Of a stretch of DNA of 64,000 nt, positions 28,981-38,443 are shown piece after piece (the stretch's first letter is position 1; each line of letters opens with the position of its first letter). Source of the stretch: a virus. The stretch lies in IMG/VR virus record IMGVR_UViG_3300031576_000035, positions 3,504-67,503 of that record; one strand, written 5' to 3'. The translations under genes and the position numbers were made by a program. The notes beneath the pieces were generated by a model. The model was not told the origin of the DNA. It worked only from the letters and a program-made list of their open reading frames with translations, and did no database searches.

Positions 28981-29433
28981 CTATTCTTGGTAATGCAATG
29001 TGCCGCTCACCAGGCCGGTGAACGACGCATGCACGGGGGCCAGGCCGGCGCCATTGTTCGCGGTCGCCGGCAGAACCAGGCCCCCGTCAGGATCGGCAAC
29101 CCAGCGATGCGACGCCCGCATGTTCAGAGGCAGCCGCCACAAGATGGCGTTGGCCGTGTACGTCGGCTCGACGGTGTGATCTTCGGCGCCAATGCCCGTG
29201 GCGGTGGGATCGCCCGAATCCAGTGCCTGCGGCGTGACAGCCGTGCCCGTCCCCGCAGCCGTGAAACGCTGGATGTACCATTCGATGGCGTTGTCGGCCG
29301 GCGTCGCAGCGCTGCCGATGAGCAGATCGTAGAGCGTCGGCCGCACCGCCGAGGTCGCCGTCAGGCCGAGCATGGTGTCGGTAGGGCTCGCCACATTCTG
29401 CTCGCCGTCGATTGAGTACCTTCGTCCGCGCAT
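28981..29433 (-). CDS. putative virion structural protein
   Basis: Thr/Ala-rich 150 aa in the head-neck region. Confidence 0.5.
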   Translation of the reverse strand: MRGRRYSIDGEQNVASPTDTMLGLTATSAVRPTLYDLLIGSAATPADNAIEWYIQRFTAAGTGTAVTPQALDSGDPTATGIGAEDHTVEPTYTANAILWRLPLNMRASHRWVADPDGGLVLPATANNGAGLAPVHASFTGLVSGTLHYQE

Positions 29434-29470
29434 GTCAATTCTCCTTCCGTGGAATGATCCCTTGATACGT

Positions 29471-29695
29471 CTATGTCAACCCGCTCGACTTGATCTCGAA
29501 CGGCCCGCCCAGCACCTGGATTTGCTTATTCAGCGTCTCCAGCTGGCCACACAGCATGCTGAAGTAACTCTCCCACGAATAGCTCTCGCCGTCAAGGGAG
29601 TACGTCGGCTTGGGATGCGCCGACAGATCCGCCAGGAGTGCCGTGACGTTGTCGCGCGCCGTCTCCAGATTCGCCAGTGCCGTCGCCAGGGACAT
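29471..29695 (-). CDS. putative head-tail joining protein
   Basis: 74 aa, PKPTYSLDGESYSW (gpW-like). Confidence 0.55.
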   Translation of the reverse strand: MSLATALANLETARDNVTALLADLSAHPKPTYSLDGESYSWESYFSMLCGQLETLNKQIQVLGGPFEIKSSGLT

Positions 29696-29698
29696 GGT

Positions 29699-30448
29699 TT
29701 ACCCCACATGCCCAAGTGTGTCGAACGTCTCGCCGTAGCGAACATTCTCTTCCTGGAAATCGTCCATCGTCACGCCACGTACCTGGAGGTGGCGATACTC
29801 AACGCGCGTGTCCACCCACACCGCAATTTTCAGTGCCTGACAGCGCTGGAAGAAACTGTGATCCTCCGAGTAGGGAGGACAGATCTCGAACGGCAGTTCA
29901 CCGAGTTCCAGGCGAATGCGGTCATAGACGCGACGGCGCACCATCAAGCAGCCGCCGCCGGCCGTGTCCACCTGAAACAGGGGGATACTGATATCCCAGG
30001 CACCAATCGGCATGACACGTGGTGGCGGACCCCACTTGTAGATCGCCGGCTGATGCGGCGGCGTCTTGTACTGGTAGAGTCCCGTCAGCACGTCGATGTC
30101 GTGCGCCTCCATGCGATGCAGCATGCGCGCCACCAGATCAGGCTCGAACTGGTGATCGGTATCCAGCATCAGGAGCCAGTCGCCCTTCATGCGATTGACC
30201 AGCGAGTTGCGCGCATAGGAATGATACGACACCTGCGAGCGGTCGTAGTGGATCGGCTTCTCGATAAACTCGTGGTTGAACTGGACCATCTGCGTCCAGG
30301 ACCATACCCACGCTTCCGGGACGCTCATCAGGCCACCCAGGTAGGCAACGGTGCCGCAGGGTCGCGTTTGCTTTCTGGCAATACCTCGACTCCAATCGTG
30401 CCATGTGTCCATTGCGGCCGTGCCTATTAGTCGCGACGGCTGACTCAC
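29699..30448 (-). CDS. GT-A/GT2-like glycosyltransferase
   Basis: ARNSLV, WLLMLDTD (DxD), GGGCLMVRR, SEDHSF, WVDT. Confidence 0.8.
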   Translation of the reverse strand: MSQPSRLIGTAAMDTWHDWSRGIARKQTRPCGTVAYLGGLMSVPEAWVWSWTQMVQFNHEFIEKPIHYDRSQVSYHSYARNSLVNRMKGDWLLMLDTDHQFEPDLVARMLHRMEAHDIDVLTGLYQYKTPPHQPAIYKWGPPPRVMPIGAWDISIPLFQVDTAGGGCLMVRRRVYDRIRLELGELPFEICPPYSEDHSFFQRCQALKIAVWVDTRVEYRHLQVRGVTMDDFQEENVRYGETFDTLGHVG

Positions 30449-32175
30449 AGTGCCACCTCCGTCTCTGCTGGCACCGCGACCACCCCATGACCGCCATGCG
30501 GCGTAAACGGGTAGTCGATCTTGCCCCAGGTCACACCCACCAACCCGGCACCGCGCAGCCACTGCTCCATCCGCTCCCGCGTCACCGGGTAAGCATGATA
30601 GGCACGCACGTCATCGCAATACATCGGCTGCTCGGCTTCGACCTGCTCCTCGACCGGCCGATGATCCTCCGGACAGGTGATCACGAGAAATCCGCCCGGC
30701 GCCAGGCACGCTCTGGCCTGCTCCAGGGCCTTGCCCACGTCGGCCTGCTGCACGAAATGCTCGAGGATATCGCCGAGCAATACCGTGTTGAACAGGCCGT
30801 GCAAGTGTGCCGGCAAGGCGCGCACATCCGCGACAATGTCGGCGGGAATCGACTGCTTGGTGTGGGGATTGTAGCGCCAGCAATCCAGGTTCGTCGCTCC
30901 CCTGGCCTTGAAGTTGCTCGAGTCCGTATCGCAGCCGATGTTCAGAATCCGGCCGCGTGCGTAGGCATGCTGGAAATCGAACTGGTTGCCGAAATGTAAC
31001 TCGCCGTTGCCGTTCTTGTTCGCGGCGTTACGGCCTGGCGGCATGGCCTTCGCCCAGCCATCCCACTGCTCGACAAACCGCTCCCAGTCGAAACGAGCGC
31101 ACACCTGCTGCGATAGATCGCGGCGGACGATGTCCCAGTTCTCCTCGCTTGTCACCAGCTGCACGACCGTTGCAGCGAAGCGTGCCTGCGTCAGCGGATC
31201 GCGGTAAGCGTCGCCATCGATGGCAATACCGCCCATGACATTCTCATCCACCGCCCACACAGGGGACACCACAGGGATGGCCCCCAGGGCCTGCGCCTCC
31301 ATCGAGGTAATACAGGATGTCTCTCGGAAGCCGGAGTTAGGGTATACCCATAGTCCTGATTTGGCCCATTCGCGGTACAGATCGATCTGCGCCATGCGCC
31401 CGTGATGCGTAACGCCAGGCAACGTCAGCGACATCTTGAGGTGCGCCACATACGCCAGGAACTGCTCCTCGGACAGATTACGCTTGGTCTTGCCCGTGAT
31501 GCCGGCTATGACCTTGTCCGTGATGCCGGCTACGATCTTGTCCAGGTTGTTGAACCCATAGCAGACGTGCAACTCCAAATCCGGGACGAACTCACGTGCC
31601 CGCTGGAAGATGGCCAGGAGCGGCGTCAAGGCACGATCAGGGCTCGATGCATACATCAACCGCCGCCGATCACGGACATGACCCTCGGCGAGAACTTGGC
31701 GCACCAACTCCACCTTGAGGCCGTTAGACGACACGCACACTTTGTGCGCGTGATCGGGATAACGCGAGCGAAACTGTGCCGCCTGCGCCTGACACAAGGT
31801 CACGATCCGCTCCAGTTTGTCCAGGCGGTCCCGCGACCATTGGCCCTGGTAATCCTCATCCTGGCAGATCAGCCAGGCCCGCTGGCCGTACTTGGCTGGA
31901 TCCAGCCGATCCAAGTATTGTGGACAGCGGTACAGACACCAGATCCCCTCACGCTGGTAGCTGGCTTTGTTCAGCGGTAGCCAAGTTGTGCCACGCCAGT
32001 TCGCTGGGCAGCCATCCGGGATCGGGGCATAGCACACCACGTCATGATTTTGGCGCGCCAAGCGCCAGGCCATTTCGATAGCCGACGTTTCGCTGCCGCC
32101 AATGCCCACCGTGTCGGGGTTGCGGTAGTCCCACGGCTCGAAGGATTCAGGGGATAGAAAGGTGAACTGGCTCAC
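30445..32175 (-). CDS. GT-B glycosyltransferase fused to a SAM-dependent methyltransferase
   Basis: GIGGSET, YASSPDR, ETSCITSMEAQA; C-terminal ILNIGC, GDILEH, LAPGG. Confidence 0.85.
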   Translation of the reverse strand: MSQFTFLSPESFEPWDYRNPDTVGIGGSETSAIEMAWRLARQNHDVVCYAPIPDGCPANWRGTTWLPLNKASYQREGIWCLYRCPQYLDRLDPAKYGQRAWLICQDEDYQGQWSRDRLDKLERIVTLCQAQAAQFRSRYPDHAHKVCVSSNGLKVELVRQVLAEGHVRDRRRLMYASSPDRALTPLLAIFQRAREFVPDLELHVCYGFNNLDKIVAGITDKVIAGITGKTKRNLSEEQFLAYVAHLKMSLTLPGVTHHGRMAQIDLYREWAKSGLWVYPNSGFRETSCITSMEAQALGAIPVVSPVWAVDENVMGGIAIDGDAYRDPLTQARFAATVVQLVTSEENWDIVRRDLSQQVCARFDWERFVEQWDGWAKAMPPGRNAANKNGNGELHFGNQFDFQHAYARGRILNIGCDTDSSNFKARGATNLDCWRYNPHTKQSIPADIVADVRALPAHLHGLFNTVLLGDILEHFVQQADVGKALEQARACLAPGGFLVITCPEDHRPVEEQVEAEQPMYCDDVRAYHAYPVTRERMEQWLRGAGLVGVTWGKIDYPFTPHGGHGVVAVPAETEVAL

Positions 32176-32178
32176 GAA

Positions 32179-32541
32179 TCAATGCACCTCGACGACCTCA
32201 ACGGGCCACTCGCTGCCAAGGATGTTTTGCGCCTTCATGTACAGCCGCTGCGCCTCATGCTCGTCACGCGCCTCAAGTGTCATCGCCGGATTATGCCGCA
32301 GCGACACCTTGTAACGATGAAGCCCCGGCGCTGGAGGGACCAGCGCCGGGGTTGCGATGGAGGATGCAACCTGAGTCAGGGTTGCGCGCTCTTGTGGTTC
32401 CAGGACGCGGCCGAAGCGTTGCTGCTCAGCCGCCTTGACCGTGTCCATATTCTGATACCCCTCAGCGGGATGGCCGACGAGGGTCACGTCGTTCGGATCG
32501 GGCGTCTTGCCACCTCGCTGCTCTTGCTGTTTCGCCATCAT
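32179..32541 (-). CDS. hypothetical protein following the capsid gene
   Basis: 120-aa ORF with RBS. Confidence 0.55.
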   Translation of the reverse strand: MMAKQQEQRGGKTPDPNDVTLVGHPAEGYQNMDTVKAAEQQRFGRVLEPQERATLTQVASSIATPALVPPAPGLHRYKVSLRHNPAMTLEARDEHEAQRLYMKAQNILGSEWPVEVVEVH

Positions 32542-32550
32542 CCCCTCATC

Positions 32551-33759
32551 TTATGTATCCGTGCCACGCGCGACAAAGCGCGGATCCGCCACCCACGGTA
32601 CGCCCCGTTCGTCGGCGCGCCAGCGCAGAACAATGTCTTGCTCGAACTCCTTGATAGATTGCGCCGGTGCCTGGAAGACCTGGAGCGGCCAATTTTGCAT
32701 GTAGTAGAACGCCTTCTTGCTCTGGCCGATCCACCAGTATTGCGCCGCTTGAGTTGCCGTAAGTCCGCTGCTGATCAGGAGTTGGTACAACAGCGGACTG
32801 GCCATGACCTTGTAACTGCGGCCAGCCAGGGGATTTTTCGACAGCGTGACCACGGCATTGGTCGCGTCGTGGTCGCCGTGACGTACCTCGGTCGCCGTGA
32901 CGATTCGCTGGCTCGTCAGGTATTTGCGCGGCTGCACGATCAGGAAATCCGGGTTGATCATGATCGGGTTCGAGGTGTCCGGATCCAACAGATCGACGAA
33001 CAGCTGTTCTAGCGTCTCGATGTCGCGCCAGTCGGTCAGCGGCAGCGACGTCTGCGCGTTGATGCCGATGGCATTAGCAGAGGTCGCATAGGTGTTATAG
33101 GCCACACCCTTCCAGCTGTGATTGTTGCCGTTGAATGACTCGTTGCCGATTTGCACCGTGATGCCGGCGAGAACCGCCAGTTTGCGCTTCTCGATGTTCA
33201 GCTTGAGCCGCTCGCCCATCTCGGCGGCCCGGCGCAAGATCAGCGCCGTACGATCGAAGAAGATCGCCTCCTTGGTGAGGCTGACGATCGCACCGTGCTT
33301 GATGGTGCTCGGCGTCGTCCAGTATTGCTCGCCGAAGCCGATCTCGGGAAACGGCATCCCCGGATGGACGGCCTGGCCTTCACCCGTGATACGGCCGATG
33401 CCAGGGATCTTCTCGCCGTCGAGCTTGGTTGGCACCGTCTCGAAAATCTCGTCGCCGATGGTGGCGACCTGTTCCCAGCCTTCATGGATCTTGGAGAAGA
33501 TCAGCTGGCCGGTGATGTTCGAGAACGCCGACACATCGACTCCGTCGCCGGCTTCCATCAGGGACCGGGTCGTAAAGCGGCCGGTATTGCCGGGGTGCAA
33601 TCGCTGCACCCAGCGCGTTCCGCAGAACGATTCGGCCAGTTCCTTGATCGAGAACTCGTCCGGCCGCAGTTTCTTCTCGCCGAGCAGTTTGCTCAGCTTG
33701 TGGACGCAGCCGCGCGGCCCCAGGCTTTCATACAGCGTCTTTAGATTCTGCCCATTCAT
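32551..33759 (-). CDS. major capsid protein (HK97 fold, Mu gpT-like)
   Basis: 402 aa, KHGAIVSLTKEAIFFD, C-terminal DPRF; follows protease and decoration genes. Confidence 0.85.
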   Translation of the reverse strand: MNGQNLKTLYESLGPRGCVHKLSKLLGEKKLRPDEFSIKELAESFCGTRWVQRLHPGNTGRFTTRSLMEAGDGVDVSAFSNITGQLIFSKIHEGWEQVATIGDEIFETVPTKLDGEKIPGIGRITGEGQAVHPGMPFPEIGFGEQYWTTPSTIKHGAIVSLTKEAIFFDRTALILRRAAEMGERLKLNIEKRKLAVLAGITVQIGNESFNGNNHSWKGVAYNTYATSANAIGINAQTSLPLTDWRDIETLEQLFVDLLDPDTSNPIMINPDFLIVQPRKYLTSQRIVTATEVRHGDHDATNAVVTLSKNPLAGRSYKVMASPLLYQLLISSGLTATQAAQYWWIGQSKKAFYYMQNWPLQVFQAPAQSIKEFEQDIVLRWRADERGVPWVADPRFVARGTDT

Positions 33760-33783
33760 GTTCCGGCCTCCGTTCCGGTGTGA

Positions 33784-34272
33784 TTATGCCTGCGGCCCAC
33801 CGATCATGATCTTCGAGAAGATGGCAACTTTGCAGGTCGTCGAAGTGTTCGTCTTCTTTTCGGCAATGCGGCCGATGGCGCGGGTAACGTCCGTGACCAG
33901 GGCCACCTTCTGTGACTCCAGCAGCGTCGTCGTGCTCTGCTGCTCCATGCCGACGAGGTTGCCAATCTCGAACGTCGTGGCCGGACAGTTGAATTCGAAC
34001 ACCCCCTCGGTGTCCACACGCATGCGGTTAGCAGCGCCGCCGCCTGTCGTCTGCGCGGAGTTGGCCACCTTGCGCTGCGAGGCAACACCCAGGAAGTTGG
34101 CACAGAAGTTGAACTGTGTCGCCGATAGGTTGGTCCAGGCGTGATCCTCGGCGCGGTAGGCGTTGCCGCTCGACAGGCCAATCACGTCGCCAATCGACAC
34201 GGCCTGAATCGTGATCACCGCGCAGACGACAGGATTGGTATCGCCCCAGCGATACCTCAGAACGTCAGCCAT
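33784..34272 (-). CDS. capsid decoration / cement protein
   Basis: FLGVA...VDTEGVFEF...AIGRI; position. Confidence 0.65.
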   Translation of the reverse strand: MADVLRYRWGDTNPVVCAVITIQAVSIGDVIGLSSGNAYRAEDHAWTNLSATQFNFCANFLGVASQRKVANSAQTTGGGAANRMRVDTEGVFEFNCPATTFEIGNLVGMEQQSTTTLLESQKVALVTDVTRAIGRIAEKKTNTSTTCKVAIFSKIMIGGPQA

Positions 34273-34283
34273 TGCGAGTCTCC

Positions 34284-35642
34284 TTACTCTTCATCATCAT
34301 CGTCGCGCAACGTGCGCACGAAGGTATCGTCATCCATGTCCGAACGGCCAGAGCCGAAACTGCGCGGCCGCTTCGACATCACCAGGGCTTTGCGATCCTC
34401 GACCAGACGCCGGATCGTCTTGCGGTCGCTCTCCATCAACTGCGACACGAAGACCTTGGATCGGGCTTCCTTCGGCAGCTTGACGTGCTCGAAGAGCCGA
34501 AGGATGAAGGTCCGCTTCTTCGACAGCCTGTCCTTGATCTGGTAGCGATCCAGTTGCTCGACCAGGGCGCGGACATCAGGGCGCTTGCGCGCCAGCGTCG
34601 TCAGGGACTCTTTCATCTTCTTGTCCTCGTCGTCGCATTCTTCCTCAACGTCCTCGTCCTTCTCTTCGTCTTCTTCCTCGCCAACCGGCAGCGGCCCGCC
34701 AGGCGGCGCGGCTTCCTCCTCGTCCTCGAGCAGATCGAGAGCCGTCAGCACCTTTTCACGCTTCTGCTTCGGCGTCAGCGTATCGTCGTCGATGATGGCG
34801 ACGATCATGCGCCCCAGGTGCGCCGTGTAGTCTTCCTCGCCCATGTCGTCGTCGGCCACAACCTCGGTATCGACAACCTCGTCTTCCGGCGGTGCCTCAT
34901 CCATGTCATCCATGCCAGCATCATCATCCATGCCAACATCGGCGTCATCGGCTCCGGCCAGGGCGTCGTCGTCATCCATGAGAGAGACATCCTCGTCGTC
35001 GTCTTCCATTTCGTAGAGCGGCTTCTTGCGCTTCATGGTGCCTCCGTGCTTGCGGCTTTCAAACAGGCCTTTGGTAGTTGCGGGATCTCTAACGAGGTCG
35101 ACACTACGAACGGTAGTGATCTCGCTGACGACAAAAGCGTCGCCACGCTGCTCCCCCCGCGCGTCGGCGTTGTGGCTCAGGCCGAACAAATGCGGCATAC
35201 ACTCGGCAGCCTCGCAGACACGCTTCGCCATCGGGTGAGTCTTGAGAAAGACGAGGTCGCCATAGAGGCCGTCTTCCTCCAGGCGAATGTTGCGTAGCGT
35301 GCCAAAGCCATCGTCCGAATCGCGCTGCTCGTTCGGTCGCGAGGGGTGATTGACGTTGACGCCAACGCCTTCGTAGAGGTGCATGGCCGCTTCGAGCGAG
35401 CGGCGTGTGTAGATCCGCCGCTCGACATCCGGCATGTCGTCGATGCCGTTTTGTGATTCGAGGCCAAGGATCTTGACGCCGCGAATCACGCCATGAGCGT
35501 AATCGACACGGCCAGGACGATGCCGGGTATCCTCGAACAGGCGCAGCGCCGTCAGTAGTCCCTGCCTGGCGGCAAGGGGTCCATCCCTTCGGCGCGCTGC
35601 ACCCGATTGCCCAATCCGTGGCTGATCACATCGTGCGACCAT
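34284..35642 (-). CDS. prohead protease - scaffold fusion (start uncertain)
   Basis: GVKILG..S.N, NVNHP, GLSHNA, SVDLVRDPATT then highly acidic scaffold. Confidence 0.8.
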   Translation of the reverse strand: MVARCDQPRIGQSGAARRRDGPLAARQGLLTALRLFEDTRHRPGRVDYAHGVIRGVKILGLESQNGIDDMPDVERRIYTRRSLEAAMHLYEGVGVNVNHPSRPNEQRDSDDGFGTLRNIRLEEDGLYGDLVFLKTHPMAKRVCEAAECMPHLFGLSHNADARGEQRGDAFVVSEITTVRSVDLVRDPATTKGLFESRKHGGTMKRKKPLYEMEDDDEDVSLMDDDDALAGADDADVGMDDDAGMDDMDEAPPEDEVVDTEVVADDDMGEEDYTAHLGRMIVAIIDDDTLTPKQKREKVLTALDLLEDEEEAAPPGGPLPVGEEEDEEKDEDVEEECDDEDKKMKESLTTLARKRPDVRALVEQLDRYQIKDRLSKKRTFILRLFEHVKLPKEARSKVFVSQLMESDRKTIRRLVEDRKALVMSKRPRSFGSGRSDMDDDTFVRTLRDDDDEE

Positions 35643-35756
35643 GCCGAAATCATACGGGATAATCCAGAGCGATGCAAGCGTTTACGATTCAAGATCGCCT
35701 TGCCAGCGCCGTTCAACTGCGTACAATGGATGTACTATCACGAAAGGGATATTCCT

Positions 35757-36428
35757 ATGGATGCCTTTCAACTTGCGAATGTTCTGCTCCGGGTTTACAA
35801 CGACCGCATCGTCAAGGAGTTGTTTTTGACGATCCAGGACGGTGATGTGGAGGTAATCGACATCCTGGCCGACCGCCTCGAGGAACTTGATTATCGGCGC
35901 GTGGGAGAGGTGCGCAACATTGCCATTGCCAGCACCTTACTCGTCTGCCACACCTGCGGCGGAGACGAAGTGACGGTAGGAAAGAACGGCAACCTTGTCT
36001 GCCAGGAATGCCTTGTCGAAGGCCCCAATCATGGCGCCGAGGTGGCGATTCTGCGATTGCAAGCACTGTTCGATTTGCCGTTGCGCGACATGATGCCGCC
36101 AACGTTTCCGATTGGCCTGTTAAGGCGCAGCTTCGGAGATCGGGAAGCGCAGGATCTGATGAGAATTATCGAAGGGATACCACCAGCGAGACTGCGTTAT
36201 CACGACGGGAGTTGGCTTCGTAGAGTACGCATCGGCACGGCCTGCGAATGCCAGCAAGATGTAGCAATTGGAATCCCCCTGATCGGCCTGGACCCGGAAC
36301 AGTTCACGTACAATTTTTCGTCGTGGAAAACGCGTCAACAGCGACAGCTGAATATATGGATCTGCTATTGCACCAATTGCAATACGCTTCACTGGGCGCG
36401 CACCATCACGTTTACAGATACGCAATAA
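35757..36428 (+). CDS. TIGR02996-like planctomycete domain protein (moron)
   Basis: ILADRLEE motif, CxxC pairs; antisense, AT-richer. Confidence 0.55.
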   Translation: MDAFQLANVLLRVYNDRIVKELFLTIQDGDVEVIDILADRLEELDYRRVGEVRNIAIASTLLVCHTCGGDEVTVGKNGNLVCQECLVEGPNHGAEVAILRLQALFDLPLRDMMPPTFPIGLLRRSFGDREAQDLMRIIEGIPPARLRYHDGSWLRRVRIGTACECQQDVAIGIPLIGLDPEQFTYNFSSWKTRQQRQLNIWICYCTNCNTLHWARTITFTDTQ

Positions 36429-36431
36429 GAC

Positions 36432-37013
36432 ATGTTCGTAGACAACAACGATCCTGTTCTCAAAGTATTCCTGAGCGATCTGCTAGTCTACAATTACGAG
36501 GATCTGCCGATTTTGGCAGACTGGCTTGCCGACCGTTCCGATTCCCGCGAACGGCATGTGCGCAATTTCTACGATTTTATCGACAGCCAATTTGAGGAAT
36601 TTGACAGGTGTCCAAACTGCTACAGCACGCGGCTACTTCACAGCCCGCACGGCCCGTACGGCTTGCAATTTCGCGTCTGTGACAGCGGATGCGCAAGGGA
36701 GATTATACCAACTTCACACTGGCTTGCTGACAATTTGGCTTGTCTGTTCGGCGTCTTCTTAAGGAAGACGCCCTTGCGCATCTCCTCTCCTAGAAATTGG
36801 AGATGGCTTTGTGGGTCAGAAGCACATCTGCGGGAACACCCCAATGCGACACTGCCTTCAGAATTTTACTGGAAGTTGTCTCGCCCTCATCTCGGCGCCT
36901 TGGGGCATGGCAACCTGGTATCATACCCATATCGGACGCAAAAAAAGGCAATCGAGGACCTTGCAGCGGCAGTACAGGCCGATTTGCTATTTCACGAAAA
37001 ATGGTTGACGTAA
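36432..37013 (+). CDS. TIGR02996-like planctomycete domain protein (moron)
   Basis: FL..L....EDLPILADWLADRSDSR, CPNC, C-terminal Y.T.K.AIEDL. Confidence 0.55.
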   Translation: MFVDNNDPVLKVFLSDLLVYNYEDLPILADWLADRSDSRERHVRNFYDFIDSQFEEFDRCPNCYSTRLLHSPHGPYGLQFRVCDSGCAREIIPTSHWLADNLACLFGVFLRKTPLRISSPRNWRWLCGSEAHLREHPNATLPSEFYWKLSRPHLGALGHGNLVSYPYRTQKKAIEDLAAAVQADLLFHEKWLT

Positions 37014-38443
37014 CCAAACGCCGCCACCTGCTTGACTGCCGCCGCCCGTTCCGCCATCACGCGGCGCACGGCCACCAGCCTGTGCTTGCGTTGGCGCGGC
37101 GTCTCGCGGTGAATCTGCTCCACGGACAGTACGTCGCCCGTGACTGTGACGAAATGCTCCCACGACGGCTTGCCGCCGACAACGGCCTGCGCTGCCGAGT
37201 AGCGCCGCGTACCCACGGCCTGGCGGCGTTTACGCTCCGTCGCTCGATCGAACCACTGTGCGTAAATCACCGGATCAGGCACCAGTTCTTTCGCGGCGTC
37301 AGCAAACGCTTCGGCCTTCACAGGACGGGGAGGCGGCGCCAAAATCGGGATCAAAAAACAGCGACAGTTTAGCGCAACACTGCCGTCCGCCTCAAGCGGC
37401 GGATGCGGCAGCTGATCGAACCCCAGTTGTCCCGGTCGCGGATGGCGGTAGTAGATCGTGCCGTGACGAGCCCGGTGCGCCGGCCGCGTGTGCTGATCGA
37501 GCGTCGCGTGAATCTGGTAGCCCTCGACCATGTCGCCAAGTTTCTCGTGCTGCGCCATGCCGATGTCGTGCGCGACGCGAATCCCCTCAGTGCGGGCCAG
37601 GCGCCGGGCCGTCGAACGGACGTTATCCACGAGCGGCAACAGCGTCTGCTGCACCTGCTGCGGAGTGCGGCCAGCCGCGAAGCCGGACGCGATCACGTTG
37701 GCCAGCGTTGCCGGTTCCGCCAAGCTCGTCTGCTGTGCCAATCGCTCCGGCCAGGGCGAGCCAAACGGCGCGCCGAAGACGATGCGATTCACCTCAGCCA
37801 TGTCCATCGGGAACACGAGGTCCTGGAGCAGCTTGCGCACCTCGTCCATGCCGAGCGTACTGGCCACTGGTTCGCCCGTCGAGGTACTCACCTGCGGATC
37901 AAGGGGATGAAAAAAAGGGAGGCCAAAATCGAGGCGACGCGAGAAGACATCTAGCTTGAAGGAACCTGGCAGAATGGATGTGGGACCGAGTTCGGCAAAA
38001 CGAAACTGGCCGTCATTCGGGTCTCGGGGGATTCCCAGGATGACGGAGCCAGCTTCGAGGGTAGGAGTCAGTCGCTCGCCGCGACCTTCACTCAATAATA
38101 CGCTGCCGCGCGGCCAGGATTTCACGGCGCTCGCCAAAAATCCTTGCGGCAACGTGCGCACAAGCGTCTGCACCACCTGGCGCCGCTGCCACAAGGCCAA
38201 CTCATGCAGGCGGCGGTAGACCTCCTGAGCGACCTCACGCTGCCAGCCTCGCGTAGCCGCGAGGACCAGCCGATGCACGTCGTAGGCATTCTTGGTGGAG
38301 AGCGATTTGAGCAGTCGTCCCAGCGCTCGCCACCACTGACCGACGAAGCGATCCAGTGCGGCATCGGCGTCATCGGCCCGACAGAGCACCTCCGTTTGCC
38401 GGATGCTCGCATGTGCGGCCAGACGTGACGAGAGGCGATTCAT
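36992..38443 (-). CDS. Mu F / SPP1 gp7-like head morphogenesis protein
   Basis: ARRLARTE, ATLDQHTRPAH, NCRC. Confidence 0.85.
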   Translation of the reverse strand: MNRLSSRLAAHASIRQTEVLCRADDADAALDRFVGQWWRALGRLLKSLSTKNAYDVHRLVLAATRGWQREVAQEVYRRLHELALWQRRQVVQTLVRTLPQGFLASAVKSWPRGSVLLSEGRGERLTPTLEAGSVILGIPRDPNDGQFRFAELGPTSILPGSFKLDVFSRRLDFGLPFFHPLDPQVSTSTGEPVASTLGMDEVRKLLQDLVFPMDMAEVNRIVFGAPFGSPWPERLAQQTSLAEPATLANVIASGFAAGRTPQQVQQTLLPLVDNVRSTARRLARTEGIRVAHDIGMAQHEKLGDMVEGYQIHATLDQHTRPAHRARHGTIYYRHPRPGQLGFDQLPHPPLEADGSVALNCRCFLIPILAPPPRPVKAEAFADAAKELVPDPVIYAQWFDRATERKRRQAVGTRRYSAAQAVVGGKPSWEHFVTVTGDVLSVEQIHRETPRQRKHRLVAVRRVMAERAAAVKQVAAFGYVNHFS

